Assembly (NCBI GenBank): GCA_052327205.1
Contig: CM126219.1
Span: 16,182,001-16,246,000, forward strand
DNA length: 64,000 bases
Direction of reading: 5' to 3'
Source of the DNA: Somniosus microcephalus
Taxonomy: Eukaryota
In this document: positions 25,587 through 36,640 of the stretch, in pieces
Layout of the letters: the number at the start of each line of letters is the position of its first letter
Numbering within the stretch: the first letter of the stretch is position 1
Made by a program: the position numbers and the translations under genes
The notes under the pieces: generated by a model
The model's input: only the letters and a program-made list of their open reading frames with translations
Told to the model about the DNA's origin: nothing
The model's database searches: none

Positions 25587-25753
25587 TTGCAGTCCCTGTT
25601 ACAGGCATGATCACCATTCCAGCTGCCAGCCTTGCTGGGGCCCAAATTGTCCAGACAGGAGCCAGCACAAGCACCACAAATAGCAGCCAGGGCACTGTAA
25701 CGGTAACATTACCAGTCACTGGAAATATGGTCAATGCAGGCGGTATGGTGATG
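25587..25753 (+). CDS. NFYA: NFYA exon 7: VAVPVTGMITIPAASLAGAQIVQTGASTSTTNSSQGTVTVTLPVTGNMVNAGGMVM (alternative acceptor at 25605)
   Basis: 167 nt, phase 1/0, donor ATG|GTAAGT. Confidence 0.95.
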
Positions 25754-26289
25754 GTAAGTCTAGTTTGGAGCAATATAGTGAATAGAGCACAGCTTAAACA
25801 TTTACAGAATACTTATTACTCAAATCATAACCAAGTCTGTTTAAGTTAACAAAAAGAGGATTCTACCCTTGAGGCGAATGCATTTTGAATCATTGGTCAT
25901 CTGTCAGAATTACATGTGATAAAGATGTGCTATGTTGTAATGTGGTAGGACACAGGTTCCTGTCCGTGGTTCTCTGCTCTGATCCAGCTGTTAGTCAACC
26001 TGACTAGGGAGTGTACTGAGCAAAGACAAAGTGATACCTTAGGGGGAATCTCAGCCATGCTACCCTATGCTGGTTTCCCTGCTTTCCTGTAAAGCAGACC
26101 AATTGTGTGTTATAGGCACAGGTTTTGAGGCAGGTTGCCTGCCCACCCACTCCTCATTTCTTTTTCTAATTATGAGTAAAGTAGAGTTAAAAATGTATAT
26201 AGCCACATAATCATTAATGTAGTCTTCTCCGAATATTTCTCTTGTAACATTTTTGTGATTAAGTTCCTCATTTCCTAATCCCACCCCAT

Positions 26290-27119
26290 GGGCCAGATTT
26301 TCATTGGGCTGTGAGGCGGGCTTTCAGGCGTGTGGGGGGCAAAAATCCCGAATTCGGGGGTCCCGACACCATCCCGCCCAAAACCCGCCTCCACGTAAGT
26401 TTCAAGGGAGGCGGGTACCCGCCCCGCACTGGGACCCGCCGACCTGAGGCGGGAAGGGATTAGTGCCAATTAACTGCCTGTTAACAGGTAGTTAACAGGC
26501 AGTTTTTAGCCTAATCCCTATTTTGAGGGGTGTTGTATGGGATTCCCGACGGCTCCAAACCACGCCAGGTTAGAGCAGGCGGGCCGTCGGGTTGAAGGAC
26601 TTGGAGGGGTCGCGATGTCGGTGTTCAGGTGAGTGATGGGTGCATGAGTGCAAAGGTATGTGTGTTTGGTGTGTCTAAAGTGTGTAAAGAAGTTTAAATT
26701 ACCTGTACTTACCTTAACAGCCTTTCTTCCTGTAGGCGTCGGGAGTCCATCACTCAGCTGGAACTGAAAGCTGAACGGCTGCGATCTGTCAAAAGTGACA
26801 GCCTTCAGCTTTCAGTGCCGGTGACAGTTCTAACTGAGTCTGTGCAGAAGGACTCAAGTTAGAACTCAGACTGTCAGTGTTTGACAGCTTCAAACAGCTG
26901 TGAAACACTGATATTTCATCTGTCAAAAACTCTTGACAGATGAAATTTCAGTCTGTGACGTCACCTGTTGCCGGGTGACCCTTAATTGGCCCGCTGAGCC
27001 TGCTGGGAGGGCTCAACAGGGAAAATTGCGTCGATTGGCCGGACGTCGATGGAGGCGGGACTAAAACCCGAAAGTTGTAGTCCCGCCTCCTTCCCGACAG
27101 CTTAATGAAAATCCAGCCC
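26290..27119. mobile_element. Harbinger-type MITE, copy 2 (complete)
   Basis: TIRs GGGCCAGATTTTCA / TGAAAATCCAGCCC (12/14 match); 3-bp TSD CAT at 26287-26289 and 27120-27122. Confidence 0.9.
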
Positions 27120-27605
27120 CATGTCTCTGGACCCTACCCATGAAGATGAACAATCTGCTCACGAGCTACTACTAGTCACACTCTTGAACAAGCTATTTAA
27201 GGTGTGATAGTGATGCAGCGTGCCTTTCATTTAACATTTCATAATCCCATTGAACCAAGCCATTGCCAGAGAGTCTCCCCAGTGGCACAGCTGGGTTGAG
27301 GTTTTGTCTCATTGGCACAGATCTGCATTTTACCATTCCATGACGCTCTACTAAAAGGCCTCTTGCCGTAGCTTTGAATTTGGTGAGGAAATGGTACGGC
27401 ATTCCTTGCAGGGTTAACAGGAACATCTCTTGTTTGTGATAAACAGCAAGTTTGAGGCTTCCTGGTTCTCCTAGGAGACACTAGCTTACTAAACCATGGA
27501 AGAAGTACAATATATATGTTGCAAAATTATCATCTACACAGGAGAGCAAGCTACCTTTTTCTTACCAATCTTTCCATTGGCTCTTTTTTATGGCAACCCG
27601 TGCAG

Positions 27606-27779
27606 ATGGTGCCAGGTGCTAGCACAGTTCCAGCTATGCAGAGAATCCCCTTGCCAGGTGCAGAGCTGCTGGAAGAAGAACCGTTATATGTAAACGCCAA
27701 ACAGTATCACCGGATCTTAAAAAGGAGACAGGCACGAGCCAAGCTAGAGGCAGAAGGCCGAATTCCAAAAGAAAGGAGA
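27606..27779 (+). CDS. NFYA: NFYA exon 8: MVPGASTVPAMQRIPLPGAELLEEEPLYVNAKQYHRILKRRQARAKLEAEGRIPKERR (NF-YB/YC-binding A1 helix)
   Basis: Diagnostic CBF-B/NF-YA motif EEPLYVNAKQYHRILKRRQARAKLE; 174 nt, phase 0/0. Confidence 0.98.
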
Positions 27780-28171
27780 GTAAGTAAAACGGAACAAAGT
27801 AGGTCTGCCTTCTTGAGATGATAAAATTTCACCACAGATAAATGTTTTTGAGTAAATGTCCTTAGTGGTGGATAAAGTTTATCCTTTTTTGTACTGATGT
27901 GTGTTCTGGTAATAACATTTAAATATTTCGGAAGACTGGGGAATAAATTACACATTTGGTCTAGGCTTGTTTTTCTTGCATTGTATGCCTCGACTACTAA
28001 CACAAACCTCATTGCAACTGGAGCCTGCATATATTTGCTTGAAAAATACCATCCATGGTTTATGTCTTTATTTTGTTTACAGGCTGGATGTCGGTTCTGT
28101 TGTATGAGCACCAAAACCTTCTCAGCTCTTTAGAATCCTCCTAAAACAACACTGTGTTTTAATCTTGTTTA

Positions 28172-29615
28172 TTCATAAGAACATAAGAAATAGGAGCAAG
28201 AGTAGGCCAATCGGCCCCTCGAGCCTGCTCCACCATTCAATAAGATCATGGCTGATCTGATCCTAACCTCAAATCTTCTATCACTCTGCATCCACCCGAA
28301 CCCATGTGATCTCCCGGGAGAGGCGAAAAACCAGATAAAGACCCAATGGCCAATTTGGGAGAAAAAAATCTGGGAAATTCCTCTCCGACCCATCTAGGCG
28401 ATCGAAATTCTTCCAGGAGATCACTCTGTCCCTATATTTTCTACAGTACTTACCTTCTGTAAAGGCGATCTCCACCCCAGCCAGGAACAGGAATAAAACC
28501 ATCTCCTGAAATCTAACAGAATTAGAACACAGTAGGAGCAGAACAAGGCTACACGGCCCCTGGGCCCGCTCCACTACCCACAGGGCCATGACCATTCCGA
28601 ACCCAGACTCATGTCCAATTTCCTGCCCGCTCCCCGTAACCCTTTATTCCCTTTACTTCTAGGAAACTTATCTATTTCTGTTTTAAATTTATTTAATGAT
28701 GTAGCTTCCACAGCTTTCTGGGGCAGCAAATTCCACAAACCTACCACCCTCTGAGTGAAGAAGTTTCTCCTCATCTCAGTTTTGAATGAGCAGCCCCTTA
28801 TTTTAAGATTATGCCCCCTAGTTCTAGTTTCACCCATCATTGGGAACATCCTCACCGCATCCACCCGATCAAGCCCCTTCACAATCTTATATGTTTCAAT
28901 AAGATCGCCTCTCATTCTTCTGAACTCCAATGAGTAGAGTCCCAATCTACTCAACCTCTCCTCATATGACCACCCCCTCATCCCCGGGATTAACCGAGTG
29001 AACCTTCTTTGTACTGACTCGAGAGCAAGTATGTCTTTTCTTAAGTATGGACACCAAAACTGTATGCAGTATTCCAGGTGCGGCCTCACCAATACCTTGT
29101 ACAACTGCAGCAATACCTCCCTGTTTTTATATTCCAACCCCCTAGCAATAAAAGCCAACATTCCATTGGCCTTCTTAATCACTTGCTGCACCTGCATACT
29201 AACTTTTTGAGTTTCGTGCACCAGGACCCCCAGATCCCTTTGTACTACAGTACTTTCCAGTTTCTTGCCATTAAGATAATAACTTGCTCTATGATTTTTC
29301 CTGCCAAAGTGCATAACCTCACACTTTCCAGTATTGTATTCCATCTGCCAAATCTCTGCCCACTTACTTAGCCTGTCTATGTCCCTTTGCAGGTTTTTTA
29401 TGTCCTCCTCACTCACTACTTTCCGTCCCATCTTTGTATCATCTGCAAACTTTGATATGTTACACTCGGTCCCCTCCTCCAAATCGTTAATATAGATTGT
29501 AAAGAGTTGGGGACCCAGCACTGACCCCTGCGGAACACCACTAGTTACTGGTTGCCAATCTGAGAACGAACCATTTATCCCAACTCTCTGCTTTCTGTTA
29601 GAGAGCCAATCCTCT
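28172..29615 (-). mobile_element. CR1 LINE (RT C-terminal half) with a compound double 3' end
   Basis: 351-aa ORF with SGVPQGSVLGP and FADD; two CR1-type tails (~28510-28560 and 28172-28270). Confidence 0.93.
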
Positions 29616-29910
29616 GACCGCTTAAGCATCCAGCACCAAGAGAGGCCAATGTTTACCCAGCACTATACTGTAGTAGTCAGAAATAAATTAATTTTATTCA
29701 TTTTACATGGAGTCTACAGCACAAACAGGCCATTTGGCCCAATTGGTCCGTGCCAGCGTTTATGCTCCACACGAGCGTCCTCCCACCTGGGAGTATCCCC
29801 TCCACTCAGCTACCAAATAAAGCTACTTGTTTGTGCCGTGATACCACAAGTGCACTTTGTGTTCATTTTCATTAAGAGAAAGTAAACAAAGAACGCATTC
29901 ATTATGAGTG

Positions 29911-30205
29911 ACTGACTACAAGAATCCTATAGACCAATGTAATACACTCAATCCTCTGGTACTTCCCAAGTACCTTATCCTTTCCTTCTGTGTCATGTTC
30001 CTCTGTGCAACAGAATGGTTTACACTTGGTCTCAGTATGCCATTGCTGGGCTACCATATCTGGAGGTACATGACTAGACTAGTAATGAGCGTCCCAGGTC
30101 TCTATGATCCAACCACTTTATGAATGCTGATATACTAGCATACTGTCACAAGGAAGGGTGGTGCAATCTAGCATTTTACCTGTTGTCTTTTTTTTTTACT
30201 AAATA
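29911..30205 (+). pseudogene. CNIH1: Processed pseudogene of cornichon family AMPA receptor auxiliary protein 1
   Basis: Intronless [34 protein letters not shown], then a 1-nt frameshift near 30119, then [24 protein letters not shown]; 5'-truncated. Confidence 0.92.
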
Positions 30206-32320
30206 TGTAAAAGCAAGGGAATGATATAAAACAAATTGGGAAATGAATAAATGGACAGACACAATCACAAACTCACCCTCGCACACAGACACAGAATTCA
30301 AATACAGGAAACTTACTGGTATCCGGCACTGACGGGACCGAGCTGGTGCCGTTAGATCAAAACTGCCGTATAAACCAGCGGCAATGTTAAAACATACAGA
30401 GCTTTTCAGCTCCGTGTGAATCAACAAACCCTGTTGCTTAGCAACAGCTTCAAAACAGTCGGCTGCAGCTGCAAGCGTCTCTAGCTGAAGCTGTTGCTTA
30501 GCTACAGACCTTGCAGAGCCTGACTGGGGGGGAAAAAAAAGCAACGAGAAGTAAAAAAAACTTATAGAAAACGGCTCCTGAATTTTGCCGGTAGATAAGA
30601 GCTTCCCGGACTTTTAACCTCCGGTTAAACGAAAGTTTCCTGTAACTGTCCTGGAAGAGTTTTAACTTATTCCACATCAGGCCAAACTTTCTAAGATGCC
30701 CCCTTCCTGTTAAATATGTATTACTCTAACCAGAACTCGCAACCAAACTGGAAAAGTGGGGAGGATGCAATTAGAGTTATCGGGAGCTAAACCTTCTTTA
30801 TCCAAAAGCTTGGACTCTGCCCCTTAAGGATAGTGGTTCTTGCCCTAAACATGTTCCTTTATATGCCAATGTTAACTTGGTAAACTTGGCAAAGAATTTG
30901 CTGCAAGAGGCAGAGACAGGGCCCTACACTAGCACAGTACAGGCTATAAGAGGCTGCCTGTCTTTTGGCATTGGATGAAAGCTGACATCCCATTCTCCAC
31001 CCCACTACCGTTCCCACACAGGCACCCAACTATCACTCACGTAAGTGCATGCATGAACCCTTTAAAACAAGATACTTCCATCTTTGTAAAAAGGGTGCAA
31101 TACCCAGAGTAAGGGCAAGTGAAGCCATTTCAGGCTCCAGACCATTTTAGAATTGAAACTGTTGATTGCCTTCGAGGGAAGTCGTACGGCTGCCTCATGG
31201 GGAAATGGGAATGACCTCCCTCTCCTCAGTATCCCAGAAACCTTAATCTCTGCTCATATGGGGCACTGGGCAAAGGAAGTCTTACCTCTTTAGGAAAGGC
31301 TGTTTTGTGTCCCTTGATTGCAGGGTTAAATAAACCAAAACTCCCCATGAACTCCCAGATGGATTAATTAATGGAATTAAAATTTCAGTCCATAAAATCC
31401 TGCTAACTGGGAATTGACTGTACTGTACGCGGAGTTGGAGCACCTGGTTCATTTTGACGTTAAGAGCTTTGATGCACATTGATAGAATCAAATGTATTCA
31501 CAAGGCTTGGCAACCTTTCATATGCTATGAGATACATACCCAGTGTTGCATTAAAAGTTCAGCTCACTGAATGGTGCAGTGTATCATGTTCTGTTATCAT
31601 ACAGCAAATGGAAAATCTTCCAAGAATATCAATGGGCATTCTGCTAATTCGAATTCTGCACCTCGGGCAAACCTTACATTTTTTTTATTCTTGGCCTTGT
31701 CTACCAAACGTTACTGTCTGGGCTTGTCAGTGAAATTGTTTGCTGGGTCTGTATTTGATGCAGGCCTATAACCTAGCTTGGGAGAGATTCTCTCTCTTAC
31801 TAAGTGTAATACTGAGTCAGTCTCCTCAGATAGGTGGTTAAAAGAAATGAAGACATTTAGATTGCCTGCTGTGACGGGCTGCCTTCATTTTTTGAATGGA
31901 AGCATCTTTCTCATACCAAGATCTCACCCAAACAGCTAACAATCCCTCCACAGATGTTAAAAAATATATGTACTTACATAGCTTACTGTGAAATTTGGGA
32001 TACTGCCTGCTTTGGGAAAGTAACTAAGGGAAATTCTAGGGAAATGCATTTTATATTATGTTGAAAGGGACGTTCACATGGATGACCTGAGCATCTCTTA
32101 AAGGGGTGATGTTCTAGTGTTTTTTCTCTCTTGGCAACCTGGGTCCAGTCATAGTATGTGGAGGATGCTCATGCACCAAGAATGAAGACAACCTGCAAAG
32201 CAGGTTATCTAACTTCTATCTGCTGGTGTTGAATAGGCTGTCCATTTGGGTTGAAATGTCTCCTCATTAAGGCTGTTCATTTATTGCTGTAACCGTGTAG
32301 CTTTTTCTTTCTATTTACAG

Positions 32321-32413
32321 AAATACCTCCATGAGTCACGTCATCGCCACGCAATGCAGCGAAAGCGCGGAGAAGGCGGGCGCTTTTTTTCTCCCAAGGA
32401 GGGTGAAGAGATT
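32321..32413 (+). CDS. NFYA: NFYA exon 9: KYLHESRHRHAMQRKRGEGGRFFSPKEGEEI (CCAAT-binding A2 helix and GxGGRF loop)
   Basis: Diagnostic motif; acceptor TTTACAG. Donor ATT|GTACGT was chosen because it gives phase 0 matching the last exon, so the 3' boundary is less certain. Confidence 0.93.
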
Positions 32414-33261
32414 GTACGTGTTGTTTTCCTATGTGTAACTATTATGAAACAAAGGTTTATACGCTCCAGCAATGGTTCTCAAACTTTGCCTGGGCCACCT
32501 AATCAAAAGATTCACAAAGCTTCTCATGCTCCACTAGCTATAGATATTGGTGCTGGTAATAATACCTAAGCTATTTAACCCCTCAGTGTCTGTGATGACC
32601 ACTTCAGTAGATAGTGTACATGCTGTGCATGATTTACAGTCATTTTTACAGTTCCTAAATTGTAAATCAAACTCCAGGCCTTGACTAAGCCCTCCAGATG
32701 ATGTGGTTGTGTGTGCTTTTTTTTTAGACCTCTGCTTTCTTTTGCATGAAATAACTCTGTGCCAACCAGCATAGAAATAAACTTACATTTGGAATGTTTA
32801 AACTGTATTCATTGAGAATGGGCCAGGTCTCATTCTGCAGTTTGAGAATCATTGCTGTAAAGGATGGACTGAAGCATTTAGCTATTACAGTGGGACACCA
32901 TGGATTGGGGTAATGAAGGCTACCATTGCCCATTTATACTGTAATAGTAGCTATCTGTGGTGCAGCGTTTCTGCAGGGTACATAATCACTTGGATGGCCC
33001 TTACTCTTGTACCTTATCAGAACTTCGACTCAGCGTTATATTTTAACAGTAGATAGAATTCTATATAAATCAGTGAAAGATCATTCCTCTATAAGTAATG
33101 ATGTCACAGTCATTGATCATCAGTGTTACTGTCATCATGTGTTAAAAGCGGCTGTGGTTTGTTGTAAACAGACATTTGCACCAAATTTTTCAGTGATACA
33201 TTATTTAAAAATCAAACAGTATAAAAACAATTTGTATCAACCTTGTCATCCCTTTGATTTC

Positions 33262-33800
33262 TGTAAGAAGTCACACAACATCAGGTTATAGTCCAACAGT
33301 TTTATTTGAAATCACAAGCTTTCGGAGCGCTGCTCCTTCGTCAGGTGAAGTGGAGCGATGCATAAAGACACGGCTTATATAGTCAGAGAATACTGCCAGA
33401 TGATTACAGGTAATCTTTCTAACTGCCATTTATCACACCTCGGCAGAGAGATAATCACAGCAATCAAAGGTGTGACTGGTGTCCAAACAGGTTAGTCAGG
33501 AAAACATTACATCAAAGAACAATGAGGTGGGGTCACAAGGGGTCAAATGTTGCAGATGCTGGGGTCTGTATGAAAAACAAAAAACAGGCAAAAAAACATT
33601 TTTTTTGCTGGAAATCACAGCAGGTCCGGCCGCATCTGTGTAGAGAGAACAAGCCAACGACGACTCGAGTCTGGGTGACCCTACGTCAGGTGGGGTTACA
33701 TGTAGCGTGACATGAACCCAAGATCTCGGTTGAGGCCGTCCTCATGAGTGCGGAACTTGGCTATCAGTTTCTGCTCTACGATTTTGCGCTGTCGTGTGTC
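33262..33800 (-). mobile_element. Penelope-like element 3' end (second family) with a nested terminal-repeat insertion at ~33538-33687
   Basis: Minus-strand peptide RKIVEQKLIAKFRTHEDGLNRDLGFMSRYM* (GIY-YIG C-terminus). The nested insert is flanked by AGGTGGGGTYACA. Confidence 0.75.
33312..33348 (-). ncRNA. Minimal type I hammerhead ribozyme motif
   Basis: Minus strand reads UCAC-CUGACGA-A-GGAGC-AGC-GCUCC-GAAA-GC-UU-GUGA: intact core, perfect stems I and II, palindromic AAGCUU in place of stem III. Confidence 0.72.
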
Positions 33801-34519
33801 ATTCATGATTTTATGTAAAAAGTGAGTGCTGAAGACATTTCCTGGAGCGGGGGCTGGTTTAGAGGAATTACTAATCCCGCCATTGAAGGAATTAAATTCT
33901 CATTCAGTCAACCCTGAAGTACCATAGATTAATTATTTCAGTTGAGGTTTATTCAACTCCCATCAACTGTTGGCTTCAGTAACTCCTTCAAGAAGTTACC
34001 CCAATGATGCCATCCGGGCTTCTTGTTTAAATCTCACTAGTGAATCTGCTGTGGTGTGGCTGACAATAAACAAGAAGATAGACTGAAGCAAAAAAGGTTA
34101 TATGTAACACGCAATGAATTATTTTATATAATGGGTGTGTCCCTTAAGGTCGCAAAGTCTGTAAATAGGTGTGTCCTGGGTTTTTTATTTCTGGATTGGC
34201 AGGTGCTTGTAAATACTGTGCTTCTCAAGGTCAGAAAAATAATGCTTTTCTTGAGTGTGACATTTGTGATATCTGGAGTGCCACAAACACATTACAAAAG
34301 GTTTTTTTTGTTCAAAAATGATCAAGACATGGAGCAGGAGAGAGTGGCAAAAAGATTTTCAAGATAATCATGATTCTTTGTGATGGTATTTTTAAGTGAA
34401 TTGTGATGGTGATATACTCTAATATTTTCATCCAAGCCTACTTTGAAAAGCTGTAATGTAACAGCTCTGGTAATATATCCTTTCTTGTCTCCCTGACTTT
34501 GGCCTAGACATAAAAAGAA

Positions 34520-35455
34520 AAGAAATTGTACATGCTGTCAACCTGAAATAAAACTGACAATACTGGAAATGTACAGCAGGTCTGTCAGCGTCTGAAGCAA
34601 AGATAGGTTTACATTTTGGATAGAGTCCCATCATCAGAATTGGTTATTTTAAGCAATTAAACTTCTTGATACTTTTTTCTTTTTATAAAGGTCATCTCAG
34701 TCAGGCTGTGAAAAGGCGTAAGACAGAGAAAAGGTGAGTAAAATAGCTCATAAATAGGAGGGAGTGTAGTGGACTATACATAAGAAAAATCGGTTGGAAA
34801 ATGGTGGAGTCAGCTAAGTTCTGAAGTCACAATTTATACTGGCGGGCTAAGCTTGGTTGGAACAGTGTAAGATGACAAGGATAGAAAGTTCAGGGGGCTT
34901 TTTGTGGCAAGGCACAAGGAAGCCAGGGTCATACGTTCAAACAAGTCGGCAATGTTGAGCAGAGGAGTTGCCCAAGCTGCAGTTGGCCTCCATATTACAG
35001 AGACTGAAAATGAGCAGCTAATATGGTGTAGTATATTTGAGAAAGTACATCGGAATCACTGTCTGCCACAAGAAACGTGTTTAGAGCCCTGGACAGTAAT
35101 GTGGGAAGAAAGGATTGGACAGGTGTTGCAACTGCTGTAGTTGCCTTGGAAAGTGCCTAGAGAGGAGTAGCTGGAGCTGAGGTGATGGAAAAGTGAATGT
35201 GTTATGGAGGGAGATGTTCCTCTGGAAAGCTGAGCAGAAGGGAAATCATGTGCTTTGATGGTGGGTTTACACTGCAGTTGGTGGGAAATGAGGCCAAGAG
35301 GGAGCCTGCCGTCGTCACTGGGGGTGAGAGTGGAGACACAGGAAATGGGACAGACATTATCGAGCAACTTGTCAACCACAGCAAAGGAAAACCTTGGCAG
35401 GGGACAAAGAATTCATCCAAGCAGAGAAAGAAACTGAGGAAACAAGATGAAGTGT
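34520..35455 (-). mobile_element. Degenerate Penelope-like element (Cys linker/GIY-YIG region plus terminal repeat)
   Basis: CNTCP..TVQGSKH linker motif; eroded terminal repeat at 34520-34640. Confidence 0.6.
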
Positions 35456-35482
35456 TTTCACAAAGAGATGTCGGTTGAAAAA

Positions 35483-36246
35483 TTCATAAGAACATAAGAA
35501 ATAGGAGCAGGAATAGGCCACTTGGCCCCTCGAGCCTGCTCCGCCATTCAATAAGATCATGGCTGATCTTGGGCTCAAAGCCACTTCCCCGCCCACTGCC
35601 CATAACCCTTCACTCCCTTATCTTGCAAAAATGTGTCTATCTCCACCTTAAATGTATTTAATGACCCAGCCTCCACAGCTCTCCGGGGCAGAGAATTCCA
35701 CAGATTTACAACCATCTGAGAGAAGAAATTCCTCCTCATCTCAGTTCTAAAAGGGCGACCCATTTATTCTGAAACTATGCCCCCGAGTTCTAGATTTCTC
35801 CACGAGGGGAAACATCCTCTCTGCATCTGCCTTGTCGAGCCCCCTCAGTATCTTATATGTTTCAATAAGATCACCTCTCATTCTTCTAAATTCCAATGAG
35901 TATAGGCCCAGCCTGCTCAATCTTTCCTCATAAGTCAACCCCCTTATCTCTGGAATTAACCTAGTGAATCATCTCTGAACTGCCTCCAATGCAAGTATAT
36001 TCTTCCTTAAATAAGGAGACCAAAACTGTACGCAGTACTCAAGGTGTGGTCTCACCTATACTCTGTACAGTTGTAGCAGGACTTCCCTGCTTTTATACTC
36101 CAACCTCTTTGAAATAAAGGCCAACATTCCATTTGCCTTTTTGATTACTTGCTGTACCTGCATGCTAACTTTTTGTGTTTTGTGCACAAGGACCCCCAGG
36201 TCCCTCTGAACTGTAGCATTGTGTAATCTCTCCATTTAAATAATAG
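35483..36246 (-). mobile_element. CR1 LINE 3' fragment
   Basis: YEERLSRLGLYSLEFRRMRGDL and NFFSQMVVNLWNSLP peptides; CATAAGAA tail repeats. Confidence 0.92.
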
Positions 36247-36469
36247 TTCCAACCAGTTGTGGGAATTCATAGAATAGTATATAGAATAATACAGCACAGA
36301 AGGGAGCCAATATAATAGCAAAATACTGCAGATGCTGGAAATCTCAGATAATTTCAGATAATTATCCCTGCCCCCATTTTTCATGCAGTATGATTTTTGC
36401 CATTCCCATTTGCAACATTTTATCTTTCCTGCCTCTTACAAAAGTACAGCATGTTCTTTCTATTCCTTC

Positions 36470-36640
36470 CTCCCCTCCTAACCCCCCGCCCCCCTGTCTC
36501 TGCACCTGCTTCATATCTGTTACATCTCCAGCTTTTTCCAGTTCTGATGAAGGGTCCCAGACCTGAAACGTTAACTCTGTTTCTCTCTCCACGGATGCTG
36601 CCTGGCCTGCTGAGTATTTCCAGCATTTTCTGTTGTTATT
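36470..36640 (+). mobile_element. Penelope-like terminal repeat
   Basis: Same 3' sequence as the GIY-YIG-bearing copy at 12139-12675. Confidence 0.8.
36540..36576 (+). ncRNA. Minimal type I hammerhead ribozyme motif
   Basis: AGUU-CUGAUGA-A-GGGUC-CCA-GACCU-GAAA-CG-UU-AACU; palindromic AACGUU. Confidence 0.68.

Noticed and set aside
27565-27580. Inverted CCAAT/ATTGG pair upstream of NFYA exon 8
   Set aside because: Only 5-bp arms within a polypyrimidine tract with imperfect NF-Y flanks; consistent with chance.
29908-30123. Functional nested cornichon gene
   Set aside because: No N-terminus, a frameshift near 30119 and no splice signals at its boundaries.
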